A stretch of DNA of 64,000 bases from Alphaproteobacteria bacterium (GTDB lineage: Bacteria; Pseudomonadota; Alphaproteobacteria; CACIAM-22H2), in the NCBI GenBank assembly GCA_965279355.1, contig OZ257155.1, positions 1,961,048 to 2,025,047 on the forward strand, in the 5' to 3' direction. Below are positions 19,354-29,740 of the stretch, in pieces (within the stretch, counting starts at the first letter, position 1; each line of letters opens with the position of its first letter). Under the pieces are notes generated by a model. That model saw only the letters and a program-made list of their open reading frames with translations, was not told where the DNA came from and made no database searches. The translations under genes were made by a program, and so were the position numbers.

Positions 19354-20553
19354 CTAATGCGATGGTGTGTGGCGGCCGGTTTGCGGCCGCAAGGATCGTG
19401 TCTCCCACACCGCGACGACAACAAGAACCACGGTGGATGCGGCGCCCAGCGCCAGCTGGTTCATGGATGTTGCAACCGGCATAAGCAGCGTCAGCAGCGC
19501 CAAGCCGACAAGGTGCGACAGCGGCAATCGTCCAGCGATCACCCGCTTGAACAGGATGTTGCCCAGCAGGTAGAGGGCCGGACCGCCGACAATCGCGGCG
19601 ATGGCCTTGCCGCCGGCCGGATAATCCGGGTGCGCGAGAAGAAATTCATCCGACACCGCGCACAGGATGATTCCGGCGACGATCACCAGATGAATATAGG
19701 TGTACGCAAGCCGCGCCAGACGGCCGGGATCGCTCGCTTCGGCAATGCGATGGCTGCCGCGCTCATGGCCGGTATCGAAATAGATCCACCACATCGCAGC
19801 TGTGCCGATGAACGCCACGACAAACGCGGCAATCGCACCCGCCGTCCATTCGAGCCCATAAAAGGTGGCGCCGGTCACAAGGATAGATTCTCCAAGCGCA
19901 ATGATGACGAACAGTCCGCAGCGCTCCGCCATATGGGCGCCTTCGACATCCCAATCATCGGTGTGAGAGCGGCCCAGGCCGGGCACAAAAAATCCCGCCG
20001 CAGGACCCGCATATTCGATGGCGAGGGCGACGATCCACAGCATCAGGCGAACATCGCCCTCCGCGAACCCGCCGCCGATCCACAGAAGACCGGAGAACGA
20101 GAGCCAGGTCGTGATGCGCTGAAAATTGCGGAGGTTACTGGCGTTGGCGCCGCCCTTGAGGGCCCACAACATGAACAGGCTGCGCCCAACCTGGATGAAC
20201 GCATAGGCCCCGCCGAAAATCAGCCCCGTGGACTCAAACGCCTTGGGCAGCGAGGTCGACAGCAGCAGCCCCGCCATCATGAGGGCCAATAGCATCAATT
20301 TGACGGCTGTCACCTCCGGATCGAGCCAGTTGGTGACCCAGGACGTGTACACCCACGCCCACCAGACCGCCAAAAACATCACGGCGGTCTGGATCGCGCC
20401 GCCGACCGTGAAATGTTCAAGCAAGGAATGAGAGAGCTGGGTGATCGCGAAGACGAAAACCAGATCGAAGAACAGCTCGACGAAGGTAACCTTGCTGTGC
20501 GTGTGCGGCTTGCGGACCCGCAATAGACTGCCGGCACTCCCTGAACTCGCCAT
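19354..20553 (-). CDS. Low temperature requirement A (LtrA) family membrane protein
   Basis: 399 aa with the N-terminal signature VTFVELFFDLVFVFAITQL and multiple TM helices. Confidence 0.75.
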   Translation of the reverse strand: MASSGSAGSLLRVRKPHTHSKVTFVELFFDLVFVFAITQLSHSLLEHFTVGGAIQTAVMFLAVWWAWVYTSWVTNWLDPEVTAVKLMLLALMMAGLLLSTSLPKAFESTGLIFGGAYAFIQVGRSLFMLWALKGGANASNLRNFQRITTWLSFSGLLWIGGGFAEGDVRLMLWIVALAIEYAGPAAGFFVPGLGRSHTDDWDVEGAHMAERCGLFVIIALGESILVTGATFYGLEWTAGAIAAFVVAFIGTAAMWWIYFDTGHERGSHRIAEASDPGRLARLAYTYIHLVIVAGIILCAVSDEFLLAHPDYPAGGKAIAAIVGGPALYLLGNILFKRVIAGRLPLSHLVGLALLTLLMPVATSMNQLALGAASTVVLVVVAVWETRSLRPQTGRHTPSH

Positions 20554-20836
20554 TCTACCCTCAACGATAATCGCGACAACCAGCGCGGCCGGCTCTCCAC
20601 TATATCTCCAGACCGGAACCAGACGCCATCGCCGCTCATTTCGCTATTTTGGCATCGGAAATGCACAGAAGCCGCTCGAAGAACTCGAACATTGGACCGG
20701 CCCTTGTGAAACGACGTAGCAACAGCGATGGGACATTTCAGCCTCCAAATGCGCGAAACACCGCTGCTCCTGCTCGGAGATGTGGCGTAGACCGGCTCCC
20801 GATTGACCACCGCATCAGAAGTACTTTTTTGGGCAT

Positions 20837-21982
20837 GTGGGCCATGCCCGGATTGGATCGCCGGTCGTGACGAAACCGCCCAAGGATATCCAGTTTGGCG
20901 TGTTCCTGCCGATCGCTAACGGCGGCTGGATTGTCTCGAAATCGGCTCCGAAGATTGACGGCTCCTTCGATCTCAATCGACGCACCGCATTGCTGGCAGA
21001 AGAGATCGGAATGGATTTCGCGCTGTCCATGATGAAATGGCGGGGTTTTGGCGGCCCATCGGATTACTGGGGCACATCCGTAGAATCGATGATCCTGATG
21101 TCGGCGCTGTCGCAGATCACGACGCGCCTCAAACTTTGGTGCACGGTCCATACGCTCCTGCATCATCCCGTCGCCATCGCGAAGATGATCGCGACACTCG
21201 ATCATGCGGCGGGCGGTAGAGCCGGAATCAACATCGTGTCTGGATCTTATCGAGACGAATTCGTGCAAATGGGCCTGTGGCCCGACGACCTCGACCATAA
21301 TGGCCGTTATGCGCTGGCGGAGGAGTGGATCACCGTCGTGAAACGCCTCTGGCAGGAACGGAGCGTCGATTTCAGCGGCAAGCACTTCACCCTGACGGAC
21401 TGCGTCTCCGAACCCAAGCCGGTGGCGCGGCCGCACCCGACAATTATTTGCGCCGGAATTTCAGAAACCGGCCTCCAGATGACCGCCCGACACGCCGATG
21501 CAGCCTTCGTCCATGGCAAGGACGACGCGGAAATCGCCGCCAATTCACGGCGGGCAAAGCAGATTGCTGCGGAGCATGGCCGGTCCATCAAGACGTTCAT
21601 CTACTGCACCGTCATCCCCGGAGAGACCAACGCGGAGGCCGAAGCCCGGATGGCACTCTATCGCAGCACGATCGATCTCGAGACGGTCGCCGGAATGGCC
21701 GAGGCCTTCAGCCATACCCCGCGCCGGGACGGCAAGCCCAACACCATGGTGCTGCGGGCACAGGCCGCTTTCATGACAGCGGTCGCCGCCGGTTCGCCAG
21801 AAAACCTGCGCCAAAAGATTGCCGAAACGATCCGCGCCGCCGACCTCGATGGCATGATGTTTATCTTCCCGGATTTCATCGCGGATCAGCGCTTCTTCGG
21901 CGAGCGGGTTCTGCCTGATTTACGCGCAGACCTGAACCTGCAGCGACCTTACGCCGCCACTGGCACCGGGCTTGCACGGTAA
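20837..21982 (+). CDS. LLM-class flavin-dependent monooxygenase, RutA (pyrimidine monooxygenase)-like
   Basis: 381 aa. Recalled RutA blocks are conserved (FALSMMKWRGFGG, VSGSY..EF.QMGLWPDD, HFTLTDC, IICAG..TG...ARHADA). The start may instead be GTG at 20866. Confidence 0.6.
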   Translation: MGHARIGSPVVTKPPKDIQFGVFLPIANGGWIVSKSAPKIDGSFDLNRRTALLAEEIGMDFALSMMKWRGFGGPSDYWGTSVESMILMSALSQITTRLKLWCTVHTLLHHPVAIAKMIATLDHAAGGRAGINIVSGSYRDEFVQMGLWPDDLDHNGRYALAEEWITVVKRLWQERSVDFSGKHFTLTDCVSEPKPVARPHPTIICAGISETGLQMTARHADAAFVHGKDDAEIAANSRRAKQIAAEHGRSIKTFIYCTVIPGETNAEAEARMALYRSTIDLETVAGMAEAFSHTPRRDGKPNTMVLRAQAAFMTAVAAGSPENLRQKIAETIRAADLDGMMFIFPDFIADQRFFGERVLPDLRADLNLQRPYAATGTGLAR

Positions 21983-22045
21983 TGGTCGGAGTTCTTCGTC
22001 CGGGGCGATACGGCAGCGGATGTGATTGTGGAAGAGGAGAAAGTG

Positions 22046-23035
22046 ATGAGCCGTAAACTTTTGGCCGGTCTCGCCGGCGCAGTCCTTCTGCTGAGCACTG
22101 GCGCGGCTAAAGCCGCCGACCAGGTGGTGTTTCAGCTCGGCTGGTTTCCCGGCGGTTACAATTCACCCCCCTATATCGGAGTACAGAAGGGGCTATTTGC
22201 CGCCGAGAACCTTGAAGTAAAAATCCTGTCCGGCCGCGGCTCTGCCGACACGCTGACAAAACTGTCCACCAGTGTCGCCGATTTCGGCGAAGCCGGCCTT
22301 GATGCGCTCATGGCGGCCAAGGCCGAGGGAACAGTGCAAGCGACAGCCGTGATGGCAATGTTCACCCAGCAGCCCGACGCGCTGATTACGACCACGGCGA
22401 CCGGCATCAATACTCTTAAAGACATGCCCGGAAAATCAGTGGGGACGTCACCCTTCACGTCGTCCAATCTACCGTGGCCGCTCGTGTTGAAGCAGGCCGG
22501 CGTCGATCCGTCGACCGTGCGCCTGGTTAAAGTCGATGCCAACGCACTGTTCGGTATGCTGGCGGCGGGTCAGGTCGATGGCATCCTCGTGTGGACCACG
22601 ACAGCACCGGCCGCAATCCCCGCGCTGACAGCGGCCGGGCGCACGATGAAAGTCATTCCGTGGTCGCGCGAAGGCTATGACGGCTATTCGCAGGCGATTG
22701 TCGCCTCCAACAAGACATTGACCGAGCGGCCGGACGTCACCCGACGCTTCCTCAAGGTCCTGCGCCAAACGTTCGAGTTGATGGCGAAAGAGCCGGACGC
22801 CGCAGCCGAAGCGGTAAAGGCACACGCACCACAGGCCGATCTCGGCGCGCTGCGGGCACAGGTCGATGCCACGGTACCGCTGATGATCAACGATATTAGC
22901 CGGCGCGACGGACTTGGCGTGTTCAACCCGACCTTGGTGCAAAAGACCTGGGAATGGGTTGCCAAGGCGCGCGAATATCCGATGGACAAGATGGCGCCGA
23001 TGTCGGTGATCGACACCAAGTTCGTCGGTTCCTGA
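22046..23035 (+). CDS. ABC transporter substrate-binding protein, NMT1/THI5-like; orphan with no adjacent permease or ATPase
   Basis: Signal peptide MSRKLLAGLAGAVLLLSTGAAKA followed by a periplasmic binding fold. Confidence 0.7.
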   Translation: MSRKLLAGLAGAVLLLSTGAAKAADQVVFQLGWFPGGYNSPPYIGVQKGLFAAENLEVKILSGRGSADTLTKLSTSVADFGEAGLDALMAAKAEGTVQATAVMAMFTQQPDALITTTATGINTLKDMPGKSVGTSPFTSSNLPWPLVLKQAGVDPSTVRLVKVDANALFGMLAAGQVDGILVWTTTAPAAIPALTAAGRTMKVIPWSREGYDGYSQAIVASNKTLTERPDVTRRFLKVLRQTFELMAKEPDAAAEAVKAHAPQADLGALRAQVDATVPLMINDISRRDGLGVFNPTLVQKTWEWVAKAREYPMDKMAPMSVIDTKFVGS

Positions 23036-23067
23036 CTCGCGTAAGGCGGCAGGAACAGTCCTGCCGC

Positions 23068-24231
23068 CTACGCCTTGTGAGCGTAGAGCCAGTCGATCAT
23101 CGAGAAATCGGTCGGTGAGCGCCGCGACATCAGATCGTTACGAACGATGGCCGGCACGCCTTCCTGGTGGAAATAAGCACCCATCGCGCGGGCAGTGATC
23201 TGCACCCGCGCAGTGCGCATCGCACGGTCGCCTTCGTAAGCCTTCAGGGCCACCGCGGGATCGGCACTCTGCGAAACATGCCGGGCGAGACACGACGCAT
23301 CCTCGATCGCCTGACAGGCGCCTTGCGCGATGTACTGGAACATCGGATGCGCGGCATCGCCGAGCAGACCGATGCGGTTCTTGGTCCAGGTCAGGATCGG
23401 CTCGCGGTCATGCATGGGCCAGCGCTTGTCGCGCCACATCTGCTTCTGGCAGGTCTGCACATAGTCACAGCACTGCGAAAAATGCGCGTCGAGTTCGTCG
23501 ACCGTACCCCAGTCGTCGGTGCCGGGCCGATAGCGCTTGCTGCGGAACACGGCGACCTGGTTGTAGAGCTCGGCACGGCGGACCGGATACTGCACGAAAT
23601 GCATATCCGGACCGACCCACATCACGACATTGTCGAGACCGGCATGCTTGGACATCTGCTCCATCGGCAAGGTACCGCGATAGGCGACATAGCCCATGCA
23701 GACCGGATCGTCCTTGACGATCAGGCCGCGCACCGTCGACCACAGGCCGTCGGCGCCGATCAGTAGATCCGTCTCATAGACAGTCCCGTCGGCAAACCGC
23801 ACGCGAGCACCCTGCCCCAGATCCTCAACGCCCGTGACCGCACGATTGGCTTCCAGGGTGATCTGCTTGTTGGCCTGACACGCCTGCAAGAGAGCGGTGA
23901 GCAGGTCGCTGCGATGCATGACGATATAGGGATAGCCATAGCGGCTCTGGAAAAGCTCGCCGCAGTCGATGGCGGTGATTTCCTTTTCGCGGATGGCGTC
24001 CATCCACACCAGCCGGCTGGGGAAGACGGCGTTCTTCTTGACCTCGGACAGAACGCCGACCTGGTCGAGAACCCGCATCGCATTGGGGGCAAGCTGCAGC
24101 CCCGCGCCGATTTCGCCGAACTCCGGCGCCTTCTCGACGACATGGACCTTCTTGCCCTTGAGGGCGAGCGCCAGGGCCGCCGTCAGGCCGCCAATGCCGC
24201 CGCCGATAATGAGGATGGGTAAACGGTCCAT
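23068..24231 (-). CDS. FAD-dependent aromatic-ring monooxygenase (salicylate / 3-hydroxybenzoate / 6-hydroxynicotinate hydroxylase family)
   Basis: 387 aa with GGGIGGLTAALAL FAD-binding N-terminus, DG..S motif (GADGLWSTVR), GDAAH.M. Confidence 0.75.
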   Translation of the reverse strand: MDRLPILIIGGGIGGLTAALALALKGKKVHVVEKAPEFGEIGAGLQLAPNAMRVLDQVGVLSEVKKNAVFPSRLVWMDAIREKEITAIDCGELFQSRYGYPYIVMHRSDLLTALLQACQANKQITLEANRAVTGVEDLGQGARVRFADGTVYETDLLIGADGLWSTVRGLIVKDDPVCMGYVAYRGTLPMEQMSKHAGLDNVVMWVGPDMHFVQYPVRRAELYNQVAVFRSKRYRPGTDDWGTVDELDAHFSQCCDYVQTCQKQMWRDKRWPMHDREPILTWTKNRIGLLGDAAHPMFQYIAQGACQAIEDASCLARHVSQSADPAVALKAYEGDRAMRTARVQITARAMGAYFHQEGVPAIVRNDLMSRRSPTDFSMIDWLYAHKA

Positions 24232-24258
24232 GTTTCCTGCCCTTATGTCCGGTTTTTC

Positions 24259-25113
24259 TTAGCTACGCAGGGGCGCGCGGCCCCAGAGATTAAGCGTCCG
24301 CTGCTCATGGGGCCAGCTTCCAGCCGGCCGGCCGGCCGGAACGATCTCGAGTTCCGCCGACAACTCCACCGAGTTGCCGTCCGGATCATCTATGAAGAGA
24401 AAGAGATTGTTGCCGGGGCCGTGACGGCCGGGCCCCCACACCACGGGGATGCGCAGGCCGGCCAGATGATCGCCCCAGTCGCGGATGTCATTCCAGCCGC
24501 TGGTCTCATAGCAGCAATGATCGAAGCCGGATTTGGGCGCCTGGAAGACCGCAAAGCTGTGATGCTCGTCGTCGGAGCGCAGGAAGCAGGCGGTCAGCGA
24601 GCCGTCATCGCGGAATACGCGATCCGAAACCGTGAAGCCAAGCCTCTCTTCGTAGAACTGCGCCACGCGGCTGGATTGGGTGCTCGCCATGACGAAATGC
24701 TGGAGACGGGCCGGCAGAATACCGCCGCTCTCGATCGTGGCCGGACAGCCAAATACGACCCGCGTGCCGTCGGGATCGGTGATCGAGAACGCATCGGCGA
24801 AAAGCGGCGAGCCGCCCTGAACGATGGCCGTACCGGTCTTCTCGATATCGCTGCGCAGCGCCTTCAGGGCGTTGCGATCGCTCACCGCATAGGCCGCATA
24901 AGCCAGACGCTTTGCCTGCCCCGCAGACAGCACGAGGCGGCGATCGGTGGCGGTGCAGATCTTCGCGCCGCCCTCGCCATCGGCGCAATCCATGCCCAGC
25001 GCCTGTTCGTAGAACCTCGCCAAGGCCGCAGGATCGGGAGTTTCCAGTCCAAGATGGTGAAGACGGGACCGCATCGGCATTTCCTCCGTATACGGATGAT
25101 ATATACCGTACAC
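24259..25113 (-). CDS. Two-domain VOC (glyoxalase/extradiol ring-cleavage dioxygenase) family protein
   Basis: 284 aa with two tandem VOC modules. An alternative start lies at MPMRSRL (25080). Confidence 0.65.
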   Translation of the reverse strand: MYGIYHPYTEEMPMRSRLHHLGLETPDPAALARFYEQALGMDCADGEGGAKICTATDRRLVLSAGQAKRLAYAAYAVSDRNALKALRSDIEKTGTAIVQGGSPLFADAFSITDPDGTRVVFGCPATIESGGILPARLQHFVMASTQSSRVAQFYEERLGFTVSDRVFRDDGSLTACFLRSDDEHHSFAVFQAPKSGFDHCCYETSGWNDIRDWGDHLAGLRIPVVWGPGRHGPGNNLFLFIDDPDGNSVELSAELEIVPAGRPAGSWPHEQRTLNLWGRAPLRS

Positions 25114-25241
25114 GGACTATCAATGCAATCCGGCGCCATCCCGGCAAAGGGTCCCGAACAAAAAAGGAAGCGGCGGCGCGCAAGGCCGCAGATTTATCCG
25201 CTCAGGCAGCCCTGCGCCGGGCGACGAAATCAGGCCTCACG

Positions 25242-27563
25242 TCACCCGCGGCGGCGTTTCTCGCAGGCCAGAAGGACGCGCTCGGGAGTGGCCGGCGCAT
25301 CGAGTTGAACCGACCCTTTGCCCGTGCCGACCGCGTTGACCGCATCCTTGAGGGCCAGAAAGGCCGAGATACCCAGCATCAGCGGCGGCTCGCCGACCGC
25401 CTTGGAGCGATGGATCGTCTCCTCGGTATTCGGCGCCGTGAACAGCCTGGCCCGGAAATCCGGCGGCATGTCGCGGGAGGTCGGGATCTTGTAGGTCGAG
25501 GGGGCGTGCGTCTTGAGAGCGCCCTTCTCGTCCCACCATAGTTCTTCCGAGGTCAGCCAGCCGACGCCCTGGATGTAGCCGCCTTCCGCCTGACCGATAT
25601 CGATGGCGGGGTTCAGCGACTTGCCGCAGTCTTGGAGAATATCCGCACGCAGCAGCCGGTATTCGCCGGTGAGCGTATCGACCTCCACTTCGGTCACCGC
25701 CGCGCCATAGGTGTAATAGAAGAACGGACGGCCGCGCTGCTCTTTCGCGTTCCACCAGATCTTCGGTGTCTTGTAGAAGCCGGTGGCGGAGAGCTGGATC
25801 CGGTTGAGATAGGCCAGCTTCACGATGGACGCGAAGCCGTGCTCCTGGTTGCCGATCTGCACCTTGTTGTTATGGAACAGCACGGTCTCCGGCGGCACCT
25901 TGAAATGCTCGGCACAGAAATCGACAAGGCGTCCGCGGATCGTGGTCGCGGCGGCAAGCGCCGCCATGCCGTTGAGATCGGCGCCGGCACTGGCGGCGGT
26001 GGCCGAGGTGTTGGGGACCTTACCCGTTGTCGTGGCGCTAATCTGCACGCATTCGACATCGATCCCGAACGCATCGGCGACGATCTGGGCCACCTTGATG
26101 AACAGGCCCTGCCCCATCTCGGTGCCACCGTGATTGAGATGCACGCTGCCATCGGCATAGACGTGCACCAGGGCGCCGGCCTGATTGAGGAAGGCGGTGG
26201 TGAACGAAATGCCGAACTTGATTGGCGTGATCGCGATGCCGCGCTTGAGAACCTCGCTGCCCTTGTTGAACTCGGTGATCGCCTTGCGGCGGCCGCGATA
26301 GTCGCTGCTGGCCTCGATCTCGTCGAACACCTCGGTCAGCACGTTGTCGGTGACGGTCTGGTGGTAGTGCGTGATGTTGCGGTCGACCTTGCCGTAGAAA
26401 TTGAGCCGGCGGATGTCGAGTGCGTCCTTGCCGACATTGCGCGCGATCTCGTCGATCACATGCTCGATCGCCACCATGCCCTGCGGCCCGCCGAAGCCAC
26501 GGAAGGCCGTGTTGCTGACCGTGTGGGTCTTGCAGCGGCGGCCGATGACGGTCGCGTTTTCCAGGAAATACGCGTTGTCGGCATGGAACATCGCGCGATC
26601 GACAATGGAATTGCTGAGATCGGGCGAGAAGCCGCAGCCGGCCGCCAGATCCATCTCAAGGCTCAGGATGCGGCCGGTATCGTCGAAGCCGACCTCGTAA
26701 CGCGCCAGGAAATGGTGCCGCTTGCCGGTCATGGTCATGTCGTCGTCGCGGTCCATCCGGAATTTCACTGGCCGGCCGGTCGCATTGGCGAGCACCGCCG
26801 CGAGCGACGCGACATGTCCCGCCTGGCTTTCCTTGCCGCCGAAGCCGCCGCCCATGCGGCGCACCTCGATGGTGACCGCGGCACCTGACTTGCCCAGCAC
26901 CTTGGCGACCTGATGCTGCACTTCGGTCGGGTTCTGGGTCGAGGAGTAGACGAGCATGTTGCCGTCCTCCTCGGGAATCGCATAGGCGATCTGCCCCTCG
27001 AGATAGAAATGCTCCTGGCCGCCGATCCTGATCTCCCCCTTCAGCCGGCGCGGAGAGGCCTTAAGGCCAGCGGCACTGTCGCCGCGTTTCATCGTCTGCG
27101 GCGGGCTGACGGTGAAGTCTTTCTCCAGCGCCTCCTCGATGGTGAGGATCGCCGGCAGTTCCTCGTATTCGATGACCACCAGCTTCGCGGCCTCGCGGCC
27201 GGCGCGGATGGTTTCGGCGGCAATCGCCACGATCGCCTGCCCCGCATATTCGACAAGCTCCGGCGTGAGAATCGGATCGCCCGGCAACGGCGATCCGATG
27301 TCGATCTCGCCCGGCACATCCTTCGCCGTCAGCACGGCATGGACACCGGGCACGCGCTTTGCAGCTTCGACATCCAGCCGTTTGATTCTCGCATGCGCCT
27401 TGTCGGACAGGCGGACCACGCAGAACAGCGTTCCCTCCTGCTCGCGCATATCGTCTGTATAGACGGCCTCACCGGAGACGTGTTTGTGCGCGCTGTCATG
27501 CACGCGGTCGTGATGCACGTGGCGCAACGTGTTGGGGGCGAGCGGCGTGGCTACTTCAGACAT
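25242..27563 (-). CDS. xdhB: Xanthine dehydrogenase molybdopterin-binding subunit
   Basis: 773 aa with aldehyde oxidase/xanthine dehydrogenase Mo-pterin domains. Confidence 0.85.
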   Translation of the reverse strand: MSEVATPLAPNTLRHVHHDRVHDSAHKHVSGEAVYTDDMREQEGTLFCVVRLSDKAHARIKRLDVEAAKRVPGVHAVLTAKDVPGEIDIGSPLPGDPILTPELVEYAGQAIVAIAAETIRAGREAAKLVVIEYEELPAILTIEEALEKDFTVSPPQTMKRGDSAAGLKASPRRLKGEIRIGGQEHFYLEGQIAYAIPEEDGNMLVYSSTQNPTEVQHQVAKVLGKSGAAVTIEVRRMGGGFGGKESQAGHVASLAAVLANATGRPVKFRMDRDDDMTMTGKRHHFLARYEVGFDDTGRILSLEMDLAAGCGFSPDLSNSIVDRAMFHADNAYFLENATVIGRRCKTHTVSNTAFRGFGGPQGMVAIEHVIDEIARNVGKDALDIRRLNFYGKVDRNITHYHQTVTDNVLTEVFDEIEASSDYRGRRKAITEFNKGSEVLKRGIAITPIKFGISFTTAFLNQAGALVHVYADGSVHLNHGGTEMGQGLFIKVAQIVADAFGIDVECVQISATTTGKVPNTSATAASAGADLNGMAALAAATTIRGRLVDFCAEHFKVPPETVLFHNNKVQIGNQEHGFASIVKLAYLNRIQLSATGFYKTPKIWWNAKEQRGRPFFYYTYGAAVTEVEVDTLTGEYRLLRADILQDCGKSLNPAIDIGQAEGGYIQGVGWLTSEELWWDEKGALKTHAPSTYKIPTSRDMPPDFRARLFTAPNTEETIHRSKAVGEPPLMLGISAFLALKDAVNAVGTGKGSVQLDAPATPERVLLACEKRRRG

Positions 27564-27566
27564 GGC

Positions 27567-29108
27567 TCACCTCACCATCCGGGCGGTCTGGCCCTGTGTT
27601 TCGAGATAGAAGCGGCGCAGCAGATTGCCGGCCGCAACAAGCCGGTATTCGCTGCTGGCCCGCATGTCGGAGAGCGGCTGATAGTCTTTCGCCAGCGCCG
27701 CAACGGCCATATCGATCATCTCGTTGGACCACGCCTTGCCTCGCAACGCAGCCTCTGCCGCCGCCGCGCGCTTGGGTGTCCCGGCCATGCCGCCGAACGC
27801 GATGCGTATATCAACAACGCGACCGCCATCGAGCTTCACGGCAATGCCGACGGCCACCGCGGAAATATCCTGCTCGTAGCGCTTGCTGAGCTTGTAGGTG
27901 GCGAAGCGCCAGGCCGGATCGAGCGGGATGCGGATGCGCTCGACGATCTCACCGGGCGCAATTGCCGTCTTGCGATAGGCGAGGAAGAAGTCCTCGAGCG
28001 GCATCTCCCGCCGCTTGCCGCCGCTGTAAAGAACAACGATGGTCCCGAGCGCGATCAAGGCCGGCATGCTGTCGCCGATCGGCGAGCCGTTGGCGATATT
28101 GCCGCCCATGGTGCCGGAGTTGCGGATCTGGACCGAGCCCAGCACCCGCAACATCTCTCCGAAGCTCGGCCAATGCTTTTCGAAGGTCGGCAGCAATTCG
28201 CTGTAGGTCACACCGGCGCCGATATCGAGAGAGCCGTCTTTCTCGACGATACCGCGCAGCTCCGCGACCGCGCCGAGATAGATCACGGTGGCGAGGCGGC
28301 GATGCTGCTTGGTGACCCACAGCCCGACATCGGTGCCGCCGGCAAGAAAGATCGCATCAGGATTTGCCGCAACCGCCTCAGACAACTCAGCCAGCGAGCG
28401 CGGGGCGAAGAAACGGCCGTCGTCGTTCTCAACCGCCGTGCTGTTATCCGAGCGCAGCGTGGCAAGACGCTCGGCTGTCTCGTGCTCGGCACCGCTATGG
28501 CGGTCGCCGCGCGGCCGCGCCAGCGCCTGGCGCGCGGCATCGAGAATGGGACGATAGCCGGTGCAGCGGCAGAGATTGCCCCCCAGCGCGTCCTGGATTA
28601 TGTCATCGGCGGCGTTGCCGTCCGGCCGATGGAACAGCGCAAACAGCGACATCACGAAGCCCGGTGTGCAGAAGCCGCACTGGCTGGCATGGCTGTCGAC
28701 CATCGCCTGCTGGACTGGATGGAGCGTCCCGTCGGCAGCCTTGAGGTCCTCGACGGTCAGCAGCTGTTTTCCGTCCAGCACCGGCATGAACAGGATGCAG
28801 GAATTGACGGCGCGATAGCCCATCCGCCCGTCCGGACCGGGCTCCGCCAGCACCACGGTACAGGCCCCGCAATCGCCCTCCGCGCAGCCTTCCTTGGTCC
28901 CAGGGCGGCCGGTGGCGCGCAGCCACTGCAGGACGGTCTGGGTCGGATCGACCGTATCCAGGGTCACCGCGCGCGTGCCCAGAAGGAACCGCACGGGCCG
29001 CCCCGACGCGGCAGACCCGCTCTTGCCCGCCATCACCGCTACATCGTTCGCCATCGGCACCATTACTCCGGACAACAGGTCACCATCGCTCGCACCAACC
29101 TCGCGCAA
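27567..29108 (-). CDS. xdhA: Xanthine dehydrogenase small subunit (2Fe-2S + FAD-binding)
   Basis: 513 aa with ferredoxin-type 2Fe-2S cysteines (CAEGDCGAC..C..C), a CO-dehydrogenase-flavoprotein-like FAD domain. Confidence 0.85.
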   Translation of the reverse strand: MREVGASDGDLLSGVMVPMANDVAVMAGKSGSAASGRPVRFLLGTRAVTLDTVDPTQTVLQWLRATGRPGTKEGCAEGDCGACTVVLAEPGPDGRMGYRAVNSCILFMPVLDGKQLLTVEDLKAADGTLHPVQQAMVDSHASQCGFCTPGFVMSLFALFHRPDGNAADDIIQDALGGNLCRCTGYRPILDAARQALARPRGDRHSGAEHETAERLATLRSDNSTAVENDDGRFFAPRSLAELSEAVAANPDAIFLAGGTDVGLWVTKQHRRLATVIYLGAVAELRGIVEKDGSLDIGAGVTYSELLPTFEKHWPSFGEMLRVLGSVQIRNSGTMGGNIANGSPIGDSMPALIALGTIVVLYSGGKRREMPLEDFFLAYRKTAIAPGEIVERIRIPLDPAWRFATYKLSKRYEQDISAVAVGIAVKLDGGRVVDIRIAFGGMAGTPKRAAAAEAALRGKAWSNEMIDMAVAALAKDYQPLSDMRASSEYRLVAAGNLLRRFYLETQGQTARMVR

Positions 29109-29408
29109 ACGTCCGCGCGCCCTCGCACAAACCGTGCCTGAACCCTCATCAAACGCGCCTTTCCGGCGCTTTTCCAGCGCGATTACGGCCGGGCCGCGTT
29201 GCCGGCTAAGTTACTGGGAAACATAGATTAAATCTTGAGCAGGCCGAGGCGATAAGACGCGCAGACTGCCGCCCGAAGCGGCTGCGGAGAACGCATCGGA
29301 GGGATGCAAAACGAACAAGCCCGCCTTCGCCCCTTTGTAACTTTCGTGCGTTATAGTTTCCGGATTCGGGAGGAAGCCCTTGCAACACTTTTTCAAGGAG
29401 ACTTCCAA

Positions 29409-29615
29409 ATGCGGCTCAATAATTCACTGCCTAACGGCACCGACACGATCTCAGAGAGCTTTCAGTCGCCGAACCTCACGGTGGCGCAGATCGAAATGCT
29501 CGCCAGACATCAGCGCGCCCAGATGATTGCCGAAATGATCGCCGATGCGGTGATCTGGCTCGGCAACCTCCCAAGCCGGATGAAGACCGAGCAGCTGCGA
29601 CCCGCCGCCCGATAA
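29409..29615 (+). CDS. Small hypothetical protein of 68 aa
   Basis: An aggaga RBS lies 7 nt upstream of the ATG. It is internal to the 29304..29615 track ORF. No family was recognised. Confidence 0.4.
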   Translation: MRLNNSLPNGTDTISESFQSPNLTVAQIEMLARHQRAQMIAEMIADAVIWLGNLPSRMKTEQLRPAAR

Positions 29616-29740
29616 GTCCATTCGACATTGTTGAAATGCCACGCCCCGGCGGGAAACCGACAGGTTTCTCTCCGGGGCGGTGGATGTTTTGTCGCAAAAC
29701 CCCTATATAATCCTATTAACTGACCTCTTCGGACCCGATC

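Noticed and set aside
23068-24231. Calling the FAD monooxygenase an HpxO-type urate hydroxylase
   Set aside because: PuuD is present as the candidate urate oxidase. The sequence fits the broader salicylate/3-hydroxybenzoate hydroxylase family equally well, so no specific substrate is assigned.
26913-29141. 742-aa plus-strand ORF
   Set aside because: It is antisense to xdhB and xdhA. The sense-strand proteins have clear XDH motifs.
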